In this document: positions 5,808-14,654 of the stretch, piece after piece | Numbering within the stretch: position 1 is the first letter of the stretch | How the letters are laid out: each line of letters starts with the position of its first letter | IMG/VR virus record: IMGVR_UViG_3300046007_012472 | Location: 1 to 64,000 of that record | Length of the DNA: 64,000 nucleotides | Origin: a virus | Strand: one strand, 5' to 3' | Made by a program: the position numbers and the translations under genes | The notes under the pieces: model-generated | Databases searched by the model: none | The model's input: only the letters and a program-made list of their open reading frames with translations | Told to the model about the DNA's origin: nothing

Positions 5808-8205
5808 AGTAACTTATAAATGGACTTTTAATCAAGATGTTCAGGGCGGAACATTCTGGGATGGAAGTCCGTATATCATAAACACACCAGGTTTAAAACT
5901 ATTAAATGTGGAGATGATATCAGAACATGGAACAGAGGGACCAAACAGAGTAATTTCTGATATTGAACTTGGATATTTTAAGAAACCGGGATTTAAGGGA
6001 GAACTTTATATCAATGGTTTGATGAAAAATCCAAAAGGCATGCATGATTATAGTTCAACGGGAGTTAAAAGAGATAAAAATACCGCATTTGATTCTAGAA
6101 GTTTTGGTACATTCGACCAAGGTTGGATACGATTCAGAAATGTAAGAGATCCAGTCACCAAAAAAAATGTAAAAGTTCCCATACCAACAAATTTAGATTC
6201 ATCATATCCAAACTTTAATTTGACCAAGTTCTTGGAAACAAAAACAGAACTTGAAAGCGGTGGTATAAATGTTACAACTGGCGATGTTTTGGTTGTACAA
6301 TGGTCAAACTTTAACAGAGATGCCTCTTTCGCGTGGGACATCAAGAGAGCAACTGGATTTCCTTATCAAAGAATAAAAAGTAGATCGTGTGCATTGTCGT
6401 ATGGAACATTGTTCGTTTTGAATGCAGCACCAGCATCAACTTCATTCAGACCCCCTGTCCTTTGGCCAGAGGGACAAGAAGCAAGCAGACCAATTTATCC
6501 AGTGTCTAAAATAACTGATCGTCCTACACAAGAAGAATTAATTCCAAATCCAGCACCAACACAAAAAGTTTCAAATTTCACAAACGATCCTTCATTTAAG
6601 ACTTTCTGTTATGGAATGCCGTTCGGTGGAGGAACAAATTATTCTCAGGCACTTCCATTATATCCAGCAAGTGTAAAGGGTGATATTTCTGCTTATGGAG
6701 CATATTATCAAAAACCACTAGTATCTCGTTTGGCAACTTTATATTCTGTTGATGTTTCAGATGCACAAAGATTAGAAAATCTGAAAGTCATAGTACAATA
6801 TGGTATAGATGCATTTGGTTCTATAAAATCATTTGCATCTACATCAAGTGGTGCAGGACAAAAACCATGTTCCGCTCGTCCTTGGTCAATTATTGCAGGA
6901 TACTTCTTGGGCGTACCTGACATGAAAGCACCAGAATCAGAAATGCTTAAAGACACTATAAGAACAACAGCATATTTAAATGAAAGAGGGGCGGGAGCAG
7001 AGTTAGAAGATGAAGATGGTGAGTCGGAGGATCAATTAACAGTAAATGAAAAAACTCAAAATATGATTGACCTTTACGGTGATCCGTATGTAGAAGGAGC
7101 AGAAGGACTTACTGCAAAGAAAAGATGGTTGGCACTGCAGACTGCACTGGAAGCACAATGTTACTACAAAGTAAAAGACAAAGTTGGAAGTATTTTAGAT
7201 TATAGAACTTTGGGAAGAACTCACAGAAGAACTTTTTCTGGGGCAGGTGCAAACTTACAACAAACAAATGAAAATACCGAATTTGGATTGATCAGTACAT
7301 TTAAGTCAAGTCTGTCTTTCAGAGGAAATTTTGCAAAAATTCAATGGAATACGGTTCCACCAGATTTAAATAAACAATGGACTGCATCACATGATGGAAA
7401 AGCACCAACTTTCTGGTATTCCTACATCAAAGTAATTTCTGGTCCGGGAGCCGGAGATACCTTATACAGGATTATAAAATCTTGGGGTGACTTTAGAAAT
7501 TCCATAGCAGACAATCAAACGAATGCCACAGGATATGGATTTATTTTAGATAGACCATGGCAACACGGACAGCCTGATACGACAACCACATTTGAAATGA
7601 TAAGCTTTATAGAGAGAAATGTTGGTGAAATTTTCTATCTAATAGGTCCAACTCGTTTTAAAGGTATGGCAGATGCAAATCTTTCTCCGACCACAACATA
7701 TGCACCAATAGCTGAAAATTTGGTTACACCTCTATACGGTTGGATGAAATATATTGAGAGAACAAAAGGAACAAATCCAGATTCAGATAAAGGTTCTGTT
7801 TTGACTCATGAATATGTGGATAGAATAATAGGTGACAGTCCATACGAATGGGTAAGTTATAGTACAGATCGCCATTACTTAGGATATGTTCCATGGGAAG
7901 CAGCAGTCTTTAATAAATTCTACAACAGACCAAATGATCGTGCTGGTCAAGCAGCATTGATAAATTGGGATACTATTCCAGGAATTAAGTATTGGCACGG
8001 AATCACAGTAGATGATTATAGAAATATTCCTTTACCCGGAGACTTTAACAATAATGATATAGTCGATAAAGCAGATGTAAAAATGTTAGTCGATGAATGG
8101 AATAAAGAACTTACTGGTGCTACTTATGATTTGAACAGAGATGGAATAGTAGGAGTTGATGATTTGAAAATACTTATTAATGACTATTACGGAAAAACCC
8201 AGTAA
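5776..8205 (+). CDS. 809 aa protein with C-terminal dockerin-like (paired EF-hand) domain
   Basis: GDFNNNDIVDKAD...YDLNRDGIVGVDDL duplicated Ca-binding loops. Confidence 0.8.
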   Translation: MPTQITHAANKVTYKWTFNQDVQGGTFWDGSPYIINTPGLKLLNVEMISEHGTEGPNRVISDIELGYFKKPGFKGELYINGLMKNPKGMHDYSSTGVKRDKNTAFDSRSFGTFDQGWIRFRNVRDPVTKKNVKVPIPTNLDSSYPNFNLTKFLETKTELESGGINVTTGDVLVVQWSNFNRDASFAWDIKRATGFPYQRIKSRSCALSYGTLFVLNAAPASTSFRPPVLWPEGQEASRPIYPVSKITDRPTQEELIPNPAPTQKVSNFTNDPSFKTFCYGMPFGGGTNYSQALPLYPASVKGDISAYGAYYQKPLVSRLATLYSVDVSDAQRLENLKVIVQYGIDAFGSIKSFASTSSGAGQKPCSARPWSIIAGYFLGVPDMKAPESEMLKDTIRTTAYLNERGAGAELEDEDGESEDQLTVNEKTQNMIDLYGDPYVEGAEGLTAKKRWLALQTALEAQCYYKVKDKVGSILDYRTLGRTHRRTFSGAGANLQQTNENTEFGLISTFKSSLSFRGNFAKIQWNTVPPDLNKQWTASHDGKAPTFWYSYIKVISGPGAGDTLYRIIKSWGDFRNSIADNQTNATGYGFILDRPWQHGQPDTTTTFEMISFIERNVGEIFYLIGPTRFKGMADANLSPTTTYAPIAENLVTPLYGWMKYIERTKGTNPDSDKGSVLTHEYVDRIIGDSPYEWVSYSTDRHYLGYVPWEAAVFNKFYNRPNDRAGQAALINWDTIPGIKYWHGITVDDYRNIPLPGDFNNNDIVDKADVKMLVDEWNKELTGATYDLNRDGIVGVDDLKILINDYYGKTQ

Positions 8206-8211
8206 TCACAG

Positions 8212-8240
8212 TTGACAGAGTGCTTTTAACTTGGTATACT
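8212..8240 (+). promoter_or_regulatory. sigma70-type early promoter
   Basis: TTGACA-N17-TATACT with TGn; followed by a GC hairpin at 8241-8259. Confidence 0.75.
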
Positions 8241-8284
8241 TATAAACTAACCCCCACATGGTGTGGGGGAGAAATGGAGATTTT

Positions 8285-9064
8285 ATGAAGAAGTTTGCAA
8301 CTGTATTGTCTGGATTGGCAACTTCGGTGGCTTTGGCGGGTGATCCCGCCCCGGCAGCGAAGCCCGCTCTGGGCGATCTGAAGTTGGACTTTGGTGCTGA
8401 GGCATCACTGTACAACTTCAAGGGAAACGGCGGGTCGATCCTTGCCATCGTTCCTGAACTCGAAGTTCATGGACTGGCTCAGGGACTCGTTCTTTTTGCC
8501 GAACTCCCTGTGTACGGAGACGATAATCTTACCAATACCACTGGTCTTGGTGATCTTCGTCTCGGTGCTTCTGTTCGCGTTGTTCAAGAGGCTACCGATT
8601 TTGGTGCCGTTTGGCTCGATGTGAATGGCGGAGCCGAAATTCCCACTGCTGGTGGTGAACTCGGTTCTGCAAATGTGAACCCGTTTGTCGGGTTTGTTTT
8701 CGGTCTCGATGAAATTGCGAAGTCTGATTTTGACTTCACTCAAACCTTCGAGTACAAGTTTGTCGGTGGTCCTGCATTCAATCCGTACCTCGGTGGTCAG
8801 ACTGATGCAGACATCATCTTCATGCGTACGGATCTCTCGGTTCCTGTTTGGGGCGATGCACTTGTTGGTGCCGTCACCGTCAAGCAGAACTACACCGTCG
8901 ATCCCGGTGAGCAACAGCTCTTTGTTGGACCCAGCGTCGTCTGGAAGCCAACTGCTGCCACCACCGTTGACTTTGGAGTAGATCTTCCAGTGTGGCAAGA
9001 CCTCCAATCCTTCCGTCCTGAAAACAATTGTGTTGTCTCTGGCGGGCTTACTATCAACTTCTAA
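8285..9064 (+). CDS. outer-membrane beta-barrel protein (COG4313/Phenol_MetA_deg-like)
   Basis: Sec signal MKKFATVLSGLATSVALA; GLGDLRLG motif; alternating beta strands; terminal Phe. Confidence 0.75.
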   Translation: MKKFATVLSGLATSVALAGDPAPAAKPALGDLKLDFGAEASLYNFKGNGGSILAIVPELEVHGLAQGLVLFAELPVYGDDNLTNTTGLGDLRLGASVRVVQEATDFGAVWLDVNGGAEIPTAGGELGSANVNPFVGFVFGLDEIAKSDFDFTQTFEYKFVGGPAFNPYLGGQTDADIIFMRTDLSVPVWGDALVGAVTVKQNYTVDPGEQQLFVGPSVVWKPTAATTVDFGVDLPVWQDLQSFRPENNCVVSGGLTINF

Positions 9065-9075
9065 GGAGAAATATT

Positions 9076-9228
9076 ATGAACGAATCTAAAACTTGCACTG
9101 CTGGGGCTGCTCCGTGTGTTTTTTGCTGGCGTAATCCCCGTCACTGGTACTTCCTGATTGCGACTCTTCCGTTCTTTGCAGCGGGTGTTCGCTTCATTGC
9201 GGACATGCTCGGTAATGTCAGCCAGTGA
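9076..9228 (+). CDS. 50 aa membrane peptide
   Basis: AAGGAG RBS; one hydrophobic segment; CxxC. Confidence 0.65.
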   Translation: MNESKTCTAGAAPCVFCWRNPRHWYFLIATLPFFAAGVRFIADMLGNVSQ

Positions 9229-9246
9229 TCATTGATTGTTGATCAG

Positions 9247-9278
9247 AACGGCATGGGAGAAATCCTGTGCCGTTTTTT
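9247..9278 (+). terminator. intrinsic terminator
   Basis: AACGGCATGGGA-GAAA-TCCTGTGCCGTT + T run. Confidence 0.8.
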
Positions 9279-9485
9279 ATGTTTATGGAATTCAAAAATC
9301 CGATTCCAGTTGTCACGCCTATGGGTGATGGATATGCAATTTATGTTCGTGATGGTGGAACATTCGAAAATGACATCTTCACAGTTGTGCTAGAAGAAGG
9401 CGGAAAAATATTGCATTTCAGATCAGATCAGATTCTGATGCATGCAAATGCGACATTCGATATTAAGAAGACTCGGGTGGTTTGA
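9279..9485 (+). CDS. hypothetical protein
   Basis: EFKNPIPVVTPMGDGYAI ORF followed by hairpin + T8 at 9495-9518. Confidence 0.65.
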   Translation: MFMEFKNPIPVVTPMGDGYAIYVRDGGTFENDIFTVVLEEGGKILHFRSDQILMHANATFDIKKTRVV

Positions 9486-9642
9486 TTTTATTCGCCATGC
9501 ATGGGCATGGTTTTTTTTCTAATTGTATATCAGAAGAATTTCTAAATTGTATTACTTTATTAGTTGGTTTTTCTGTTTTTTGTTCACCATGAACTAAAAA
9601 TTTAAAAATATATTGAGGCAAATGTTCGGATATGTAATGCAT
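9463..9642 (-). CDS. 59 aa hypothetical protein (not in ORF track)
   Basis: MHYISEHLPQYIFKF...KKPCPCMANKIKPPESS directly downstream of the Cys-rich gene. Confidence 0.5.
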   Translation of the reverse strand: MHYISEHLPQYIFKFLVHGEQKTEKPTNKVIQFRNSSDIQLEKKPCPCMANKIKPPESS

Positions 9643-9667
9643 AAAATTTCTTTCTTATATATTTTTA

Positions 9668-12600
9668 TTACGGAGAAGGACCACCACCACCGGGGGGACC
9701 GCCTCCGCCAGGGGGACCTCCTCCACTATCTGGTTCACACGATTCGCCTCCGGATGCTGGTGGAACATTCCCAGGAGAATTTGTGCCACACGCACATTCT
9801 CCAGCCCATATTTGCGGACAATCGGTCGATATACTATTAATAGAATCGGGATAAATAAATCCTCTTCCTGTTACAACATAATTATCAAAAGCTATAATAT
9901 TTTCTGGTTGCAACTGATAACATTCAAAATATGTTTTTATTCCTTTGTAAGTATCTGGAACAGGAACACCATTATTCATCGTGCATTTCCAACAACATCC
10001 TACAGGATTAAAATCAACTGGAGTTCCCAAAAATTGACCATCATATATGAAAGGCCAACCTGCTCCAGGATAAAAAGGACAATTTTCTCTAGAAGAAGCC
10101 CTGTGTGTAGGAAGATGAAGTGGAGGAGGACTGTGTTCAGGGGCATCTACTCTTGGATCACAACATCTACATCCTTCCGGGCCATAATCTAGTGTGGGAT
10201 TTTTACATCCAGCAGAAGCAAAACAATAACTCGATGGACACATATCAGATGTATCTGGTTGCCCTCCACCCAATATTCTATTTTGAATTTGATCACATAT
10301 TTCTCTATGTGCTATAGAATTTGAAAATAGATTTGGAACTGCATTTGCTATTTCTCTTGGTATTTGTAAATTTCTGCACATATGAGGGCAAAAATTTCCA
10401 TAATTACCGGTAGTGACATTTACTTTGTACAAATATGAATCTATTTTTCTTGCACATTCATATCCTCTATTCGGCAAGTATCTTTGTGTATAATACATGA
10501 ATCTGATACCGTCACAATTTGATTTTAATGACAAATTACTACACGGAGTACCTCCGCCTCCAATTTCCCAATAATCTTTACAAACATCAGATCCATAACA
10601 TTCTAATCCAACACAAGATGGTCCTCCTTCTGCAGCTTCTAAACATTCTACTTGAATTGGTGATGTACATTCTTCTCTAAAAATTGGATTTCCTTCTTCA
10701 TCAAATCCATCTTTTATTAATATACATTCATCACAAATATTTTCTGGAACTATACATTGTTGGAGTGGACCGTTTCTTTGTGGTACTCCCATAAGACCAT
10801 CTAAACAACCAAGAAAACTTCCATTACCTCTGAATCTTGGAAGATCTGGTATTTTTACATCTAAATTTATTTCTCCTGGTCCGGCACCAAAATTATATCC
10901 ACCACAGACATAAGACCATCCTCCGGGTCTTGCATGCATGTAAACCCATTGTGTATCTCTCCATAATTTAAAAGCTTTATATTCTGGAGTTTCTGGTTCT
11001 TCAGATCCCGGTGCTGGAGGTAAAGGATATGGACCACCATTCCACGGATCTCTTATCAAATCTGTCGGAAGTTGTAAAGATTCAAATTGTCTACCTTGAG
11101 GATATCTTTCCATTCTTGCAGAGGGAGGAGGTACAGAAACAATGTTTGGTCTGGCTTTTAATGGGTTTGAAATGTTTGGTTCCATGATTGGATCAGGATA
11201 TTCTGGGGGGACTGCTAAAATAAAAGAAGGATTAATTGCCCACCTTTTTCTTACTGGACCCAAATATTTCATTTGAGAGCAAAATTGACTGCTACAAAAA
11301 GATTCACTGCATGTGGTCGCCGGAAAAAAGTTACCACCAGTAAATTCACAATATTGAGCTGAAGTCTCACCTGCGCATGTATTTCCAACACAACAAGATC
11401 CTATATTGGGATCTCCATTTATTATTCCACCATAAGCAGGAGCTGTAAATGTATTGCCCCTTAAAGCTCTAAGTTCAGAACTAGCTTCTTGTCTCCAATC
11501 ACCAACATCCAAATAACCACCAGCAGAAAGTTTTTTCATTATTTCTTGTGGGGGTGTTAGTTTTTGTGCAAATGCTAAATGTATTCTTCTTTTATCTGTT
11601 TCTGAAATATAACCTCTTTCAACTGCGTCTTGTATTTCGAAGTCAAACAAAGGAACTCCAGAACAAGAATATATCCAAAATCTAGGAGCTAATTTTGATG
11701 TATTGTATCCTAATGGAGTGCCTGGATTTTGTGGATCATCTAGCCATCCACCGACTATTCCATTAGGATCGTTATGTTCGGGATTTAAATCACAATGAGC
11801 TAATTCATACCAGTGTTCACAGTGAACAACCCCGACTAAATGCTCATAAAGTGTTCCGTTAAAGTGTTCTCGTACAGTAGCTTCAGACTGTCCTATTGTA
11901 TATTCAAATTCAAGAGCAGGATTAAATTGAATGTTTCCCTCATCATAACACATGATATCCAGGAGCCACATGTAATATGGGTCTCCTTCCATCTGTCTTC
12001 TTCTGTATTTTGAAAGTCTTTTTCCTCTTGGACCAGGATCAGGAGGACCCAGCGTATCTTTTCTTTGACCACTTCCCATACATTGACAGTTATACCATGG
12101 ACTGACAATTCCACCACATTCAGATGAACAAAGAGCATCATTTTCCATACCATCTGGTTGTGAACCAGTAGAATAATCTAAACAAGAATTTTCATAATCA
12201 TAATTTGGATTGCCACAATCACTTCCTATTGTTTCTGTAACACTGGTTGGATCACAATAAGAACATAGTCTTGAGGTTATATTTCTTCTACCATTTGTAT
12301 ATCTTCCTGTTGGTTCATATTCAATTTTAAAGTATTTTCCTATGTAATTATAATAAAATCTTACATTTGATTCTTCTAATTTTGAACGATTACAACATCT
12401 CGATACAGGAGTTAATTGTCTGCAACCACCGGGCAGTAAACAAGTATAGTTAGCGTCCGGATCTCCAATAAATTGTGCCGGACTACCAACACAAAAAGGA
12501 CAAATTCTTTCTCCATTATCATTAAAACAATTAGAACCACATGCTTCAGGTGGATTTTCTGGATTACAGCAAAAATAATTTCCAGGACAGCATTCCGGGC

Positions 12601-12844
12601 CTTCTGGAGCAGGCCAATATGGTCTTTCGTATTCAAATATCAAAGCTTCGTTTTTTGACGGACAACAACCATCACTTTGAGTTACAATATGTCCCTGCAT
12701 GCATCCTTTACATTCAAGTTTATCACATTGACAACATTTACATTTTGTTAAATCTAAAGTGGGGTCTGCTTGTAATTGTCGAGCCCCTTTTCTAAACATC
12801 TTATCAAATATTCTATTAGGCTGTTGATTATAAAAATTTCTCAT
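9668..12844 (-). CDS. 1058 aa cysteine-rich protein, probably virion-associated
   Basis: Many CC/CxC clusters, a GSCC..C......C...GG.F....C repeat unit and a GGGPP tail. Confidence 0.8.
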   Translation of the reverse strand: MRNFYNQQPNRIFDKMFRKGARQLQADPTLDLTKCKCCQCDKLECKGCMQGHIVTQSDGCCPSKNEALIFEYERPYWPAPEGPECCPGNYFCCNPENPPEACGSNCFNDNGERICPFCVGSPAQFIGDPDANYTCLLPGGCRQLTPVSRCCNRSKLEESNVRFYYNYIGKYFKIEYEPTGRYTNGRRNITSRLCSYCDPTSVTETIGSDCGNPNYDYENSCLDYSTGSQPDGMENDALCSSECGGIVSPWYNCQCMGSGQRKDTLGPPDPGPRGKRLSKYRRRQMEGDPYYMWLLDIMCYDEGNIQFNPALEFEYTIGQSEATVREHFNGTLYEHLVGVVHCEHWYELAHCDLNPEHNDPNGIVGGWLDDPQNPGTPLGYNTSKLAPRFWIYSCSGVPLFDFEIQDAVERGYISETDKRRIHLAFAQKLTPPQEIMKKLSAGGYLDVGDWRQEASSELRALRGNTFTAPAYGGIINGDPNIGSCCVGNTCAGETSAQYCEFTGGNFFPATTCSESFCSSQFCSQMKYLGPVRKRWAINPSFILAVPPEYPDPIMEPNISNPLKARPNIVSVPPPSARMERYPQGRQFESLQLPTDLIRDPWNGGPYPLPPAPGSEEPETPEYKAFKLWRDTQWVYMHARPGGWSYVCGGYNFGAGPGEINLDVKIPDLPRFRGNGSFLGCLDGLMGVPQRNGPLQQCIVPENICDECILIKDGFDEEGNPIFREECTSPIQVECLEAAEGGPSCVGLECYGSDVCKDYWEIGGGGTPCSNLSLKSNCDGIRFMYYTQRYLPNRGYECARKIDSYLYKVNVTTGNYGNFCPHMCRNLQIPREIANAVPNLFSNSIAHREICDQIQNRILGGGQPDTSDMCPSSYCFASAGCKNPTLDYGPEGCRCCDPRVDAPEHSPPPLHLPTHRASSRENCPFYPGAGWPFIYDGQFLGTPVDFNPVGCCWKCTMNNGVPVPDTYKGIKTYFECYQLQPENIIAFDNYVVTGRGFIYPDSINSISTDCPQIWAGECACGTNSPGNVPPASGGESCEPDSGGGPPGGGGPPGGGGPSP

Positions 12845-12881
12845 GATTCATCCTATAGGTTTGAACTTAATATGTATGTCC

Positions 12882-12909
12882 TTGACATCTAGTTTTTTTG
12901 TGGTATACT
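12882..12909 (+). promoter_or_regulatory. sigma70-type promoter for the tRNA cluster
   Basis: TTGACA-N16-TATACT with TGn. Confidence 0.8.
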
Positions 12910-12922
12910 TGTGGTAGATCAT

Positions 12923-12996
12923 ATTCCCGTAGCTCAATCGGATAGAGCAACGGTTTTCTAAACCGTTGGTTACAGGTTCGAGTCCTGTCGGGAATG
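12923..12996 (+). tRNA. tRNA-Arg(UCU)
   Basis: Anticodon arm ACGGT-TTTCTAA-ACCGT; canonical T arm. Confidence 0.95.
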
Positions 12997-12999
12997 TTC

Positions 13000-13072
13000 G
13001 CGGGCGTAACTCAGTTGGTAGAGTGATAGCCTTCCAAGCTATATGTCGAGGGTTCAAATCCCTTCGCCCGCT
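13000..13072 (+). tRNA. tRNA-Gly(UCC)
   Basis: Anticodon arm ATAGC-CTTCCAA-GCTAT; acceptor GCGGGCG/CGCCCGC. Confidence 0.95.
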
Positions 13073-13132
13073 TTCCTAAATACTGTGTCGGAGATTGAAA
13101 TGAAAATTAAACTTTTACCATGGAGGTACAAA

Positions 13133-13387
13133 ATGCTTGGACTTGGTTTTAGAACTACATCGTATGCGTTTGCGGCTGCTGCTGGTTTTCTCGTTCTTGC
13201 TGGACAGGAATATCACAAGTTTGCTTTTGCAAGTCTTGTGTGTGCATTGATTCTTGCTTATTTGAAGATCAGTGAAGAATTTGCTGATCGTCGTAACGAC
13301 TGGAACAATCGTCGCGTAGATGATCTTGATGATATGATGCATCGTCATATTTCAGAACTTCAAGAGAAGAAGGCTGATCGCCAGTGA
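13133..13387 (+). CDS. small two-TM membrane protein
   Basis: GGAGG RBS; two hydrophobic segments followed by a charged tail. Confidence 0.7.
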   Translation: MLGLGFRTTSYAFAAAAGFLVLAGQEYHKFAFASLVCALILAYLKISEEFADRRNDWNNRRVDDLDDMMHRHISELQEKKADRQ

Positions 13388-13412
13388 TTCAAAGCCGGGG
13401 AAACCCGGCAAC

Positions 13413-13486
13413 GCTCCCATAGATTAACCGGCTAAATCCCCGCCCTTTCAAGGCGGTGACTCGGGGTTCGAGCCCCCGTGGGAGTA
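13413..13486 (+). tRNA. tRNA-Glu(UUC)
   Basis: Anticodon arm CCGCC-CTTTCAA-GGCGG. Confidence 0.95.
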
Positions 13487-13490
13487 TTTT

Positions 13491-13563
13491 TCCTTCATAG
13501 CTCAGCAGGCAGAGCGTCGAGCTGTTAACTCGAATGTCGTTGGTTCGAGCCCAACTGAAGGAG
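13491..13563 (+). tRNA. tRNA-Asn(GUU)
   Basis: Anticodon arm TCGAG-CTGTTAA-CTCGA. Confidence 0.95.
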
Positions 13564-13571
13564 CTAAAAAA

Positions 13572-13579
13572 TATAAATA
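13572..13579 (+). promoter_or_regulatory. T4-type late promoter
   Basis: Perfect TATAAATA. Confidence 0.8.
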
Positions 13580-13584
13580 ATTAT

Positions 13585-13639
13585 GCCGCTTAGGACCGTC
13601 AGGGTGCGAGACTCCTCATTCCGGGGAGTCTCGCCTTTT
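13585..13639 (+). ncRNA. putative late small RNA antisense to 23S rRNA helix 69
   Basis: G start 5 nt after TATAAATA; CTTAGGACCGT is the exact reverse complement of 23S ACGGUCCUAAG; followed by a 12-bp hairpin (13606-13634) + CTTTT. Confidence 0.7.
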
Positions 13640-14654
13640 AGAGATTTATTGAATTCCCTGAGCCAAAATATCCCAATCCAGCAAGAGAAGAATAAGGATT
13701 TGTTACCGCTGAAGGACCAACAAATCGTGTGGTTCTAGGAATTTCTATTGATGATGGTAATTTATCACATGATGTGTTCTCAAACCATCTCATAGAAGAA
13801 TTATCAAATAATGTCATTCTAACTTGACATTGACCAAAGGTTTGATTTTCATAACACGCAACTTTATTGTTATTTTGGTATATGCCACAAGCACCAATAA
13901 CAGCCGGTCCTGTTGCTGTTGTTATTGAATCAGTTCCTTTTCTTTCTTGCAATAATTCTACTCCAACCCTAAGTCCAAATGTTGCTTCTTGAGTGACTGG
14001 TTCTTCTACCGAAAGGTATTCACTTCCATCTTTGTTTGTGAAAACATCATTTACCGTATAAGTTTTATTGTTTAATTGTGTTCCAGTTATTTTTATTTTA
14101 TCTTTTGGATAAATTCCAAATTTAGTGAAAGATGAAGTTTTGTCTTTAGCCAATGCATTGATAATGATGTATTCTGGTTCGTCCTTTTGTGGAGAAAGAG
14201 ACAACCCAAACTGTGGCGGATTTGTGAAATAATTTGATTCATATCTGAGAATTCTTTTGTTCAGATTGTTGATTGTTACTGGGGAAGCAATAATAACATT
14301 TCCGACAAAATCCTCAAATTCATATGTTCCCCCCAAATTCGCATTTGATTCGGAACCATCCAAAGAATAAATTGCAGTGTTAATCGTGAATGTAAATCCA
14401 GCGGTTAAACCTGAAAAAAGTCCGTTTAACAATGAAATATCGGTATTATTCTGTGAATTCGAATAATCGATCAATACTTTTGTATAATCGGAAGAAAAAG
14501 AAAATGCAGGTATTGTGGAAAGATACTTATTCGTGTTCAATTCTTGAGTCAAATTTATAGTAAAATCCAATCCCAAAAAAATACCCACTCTTGTCGCCAC
14601 GATGTTTGGCGATGATGTTGAATTTTGAAGATAATATTTTTGAGTATAAAACAT
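13638..14654 (-). CDS. hypothetical protein, probably structural
   Basis: 338 aa, beta-rich, C-terminal GAC...C...C...C module. Confidence 0.7.
   Translation of the reverse strand: MFYTQKYYLQNSTSSPNIVATRVGIFLGLDFTINLTQELNTNKYLSTIPAFSFSSDYTKVLIDYSNSQNNTDISLLNGLFSGLTAGFTFTINTAIYSLDGSESNANLGGTYEFEDFVGNVIIASPVTINNLNKRILRYESNYFTNPPQFGLSLSPQKDEPEYIIINALAKDKTSSFTKFGIYPKDKIKITGTQLNNKTYTVNDVFTNKDGSEYLSVEEPVTQEATFGLRVGVELLQERKGTDSITTATGPAVIGACGIYQNNNKVACYENQTFGQCQVRMTLFDNSSMRWFENTSCDKLPSSIEIPRTTRFVGPSAVTNPYSSLAGLGYFGSGNSINL

Noticed and set aside
8405-9007. Long antisense and alternate-frame ORFs in the track (e.g. 8405-9007, 22893-23534, 57648-58211)
   Set aside because: Shadows of well-supported genes on the opposite strand.
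12848-13132. ORFs overlapping tRNA-Arg and tRNA-Gly
   Set aside because: Artefacts of reading through tRNA genes; the real start is 13133 with a GGAGG RBS.
13583-13738. 51-codon ATG ORF after the late promoter
   Set aside because: ATG lies upstream of the expected transcription start, and the ORF runs through the terminator and antisense into the neighbouring gene.
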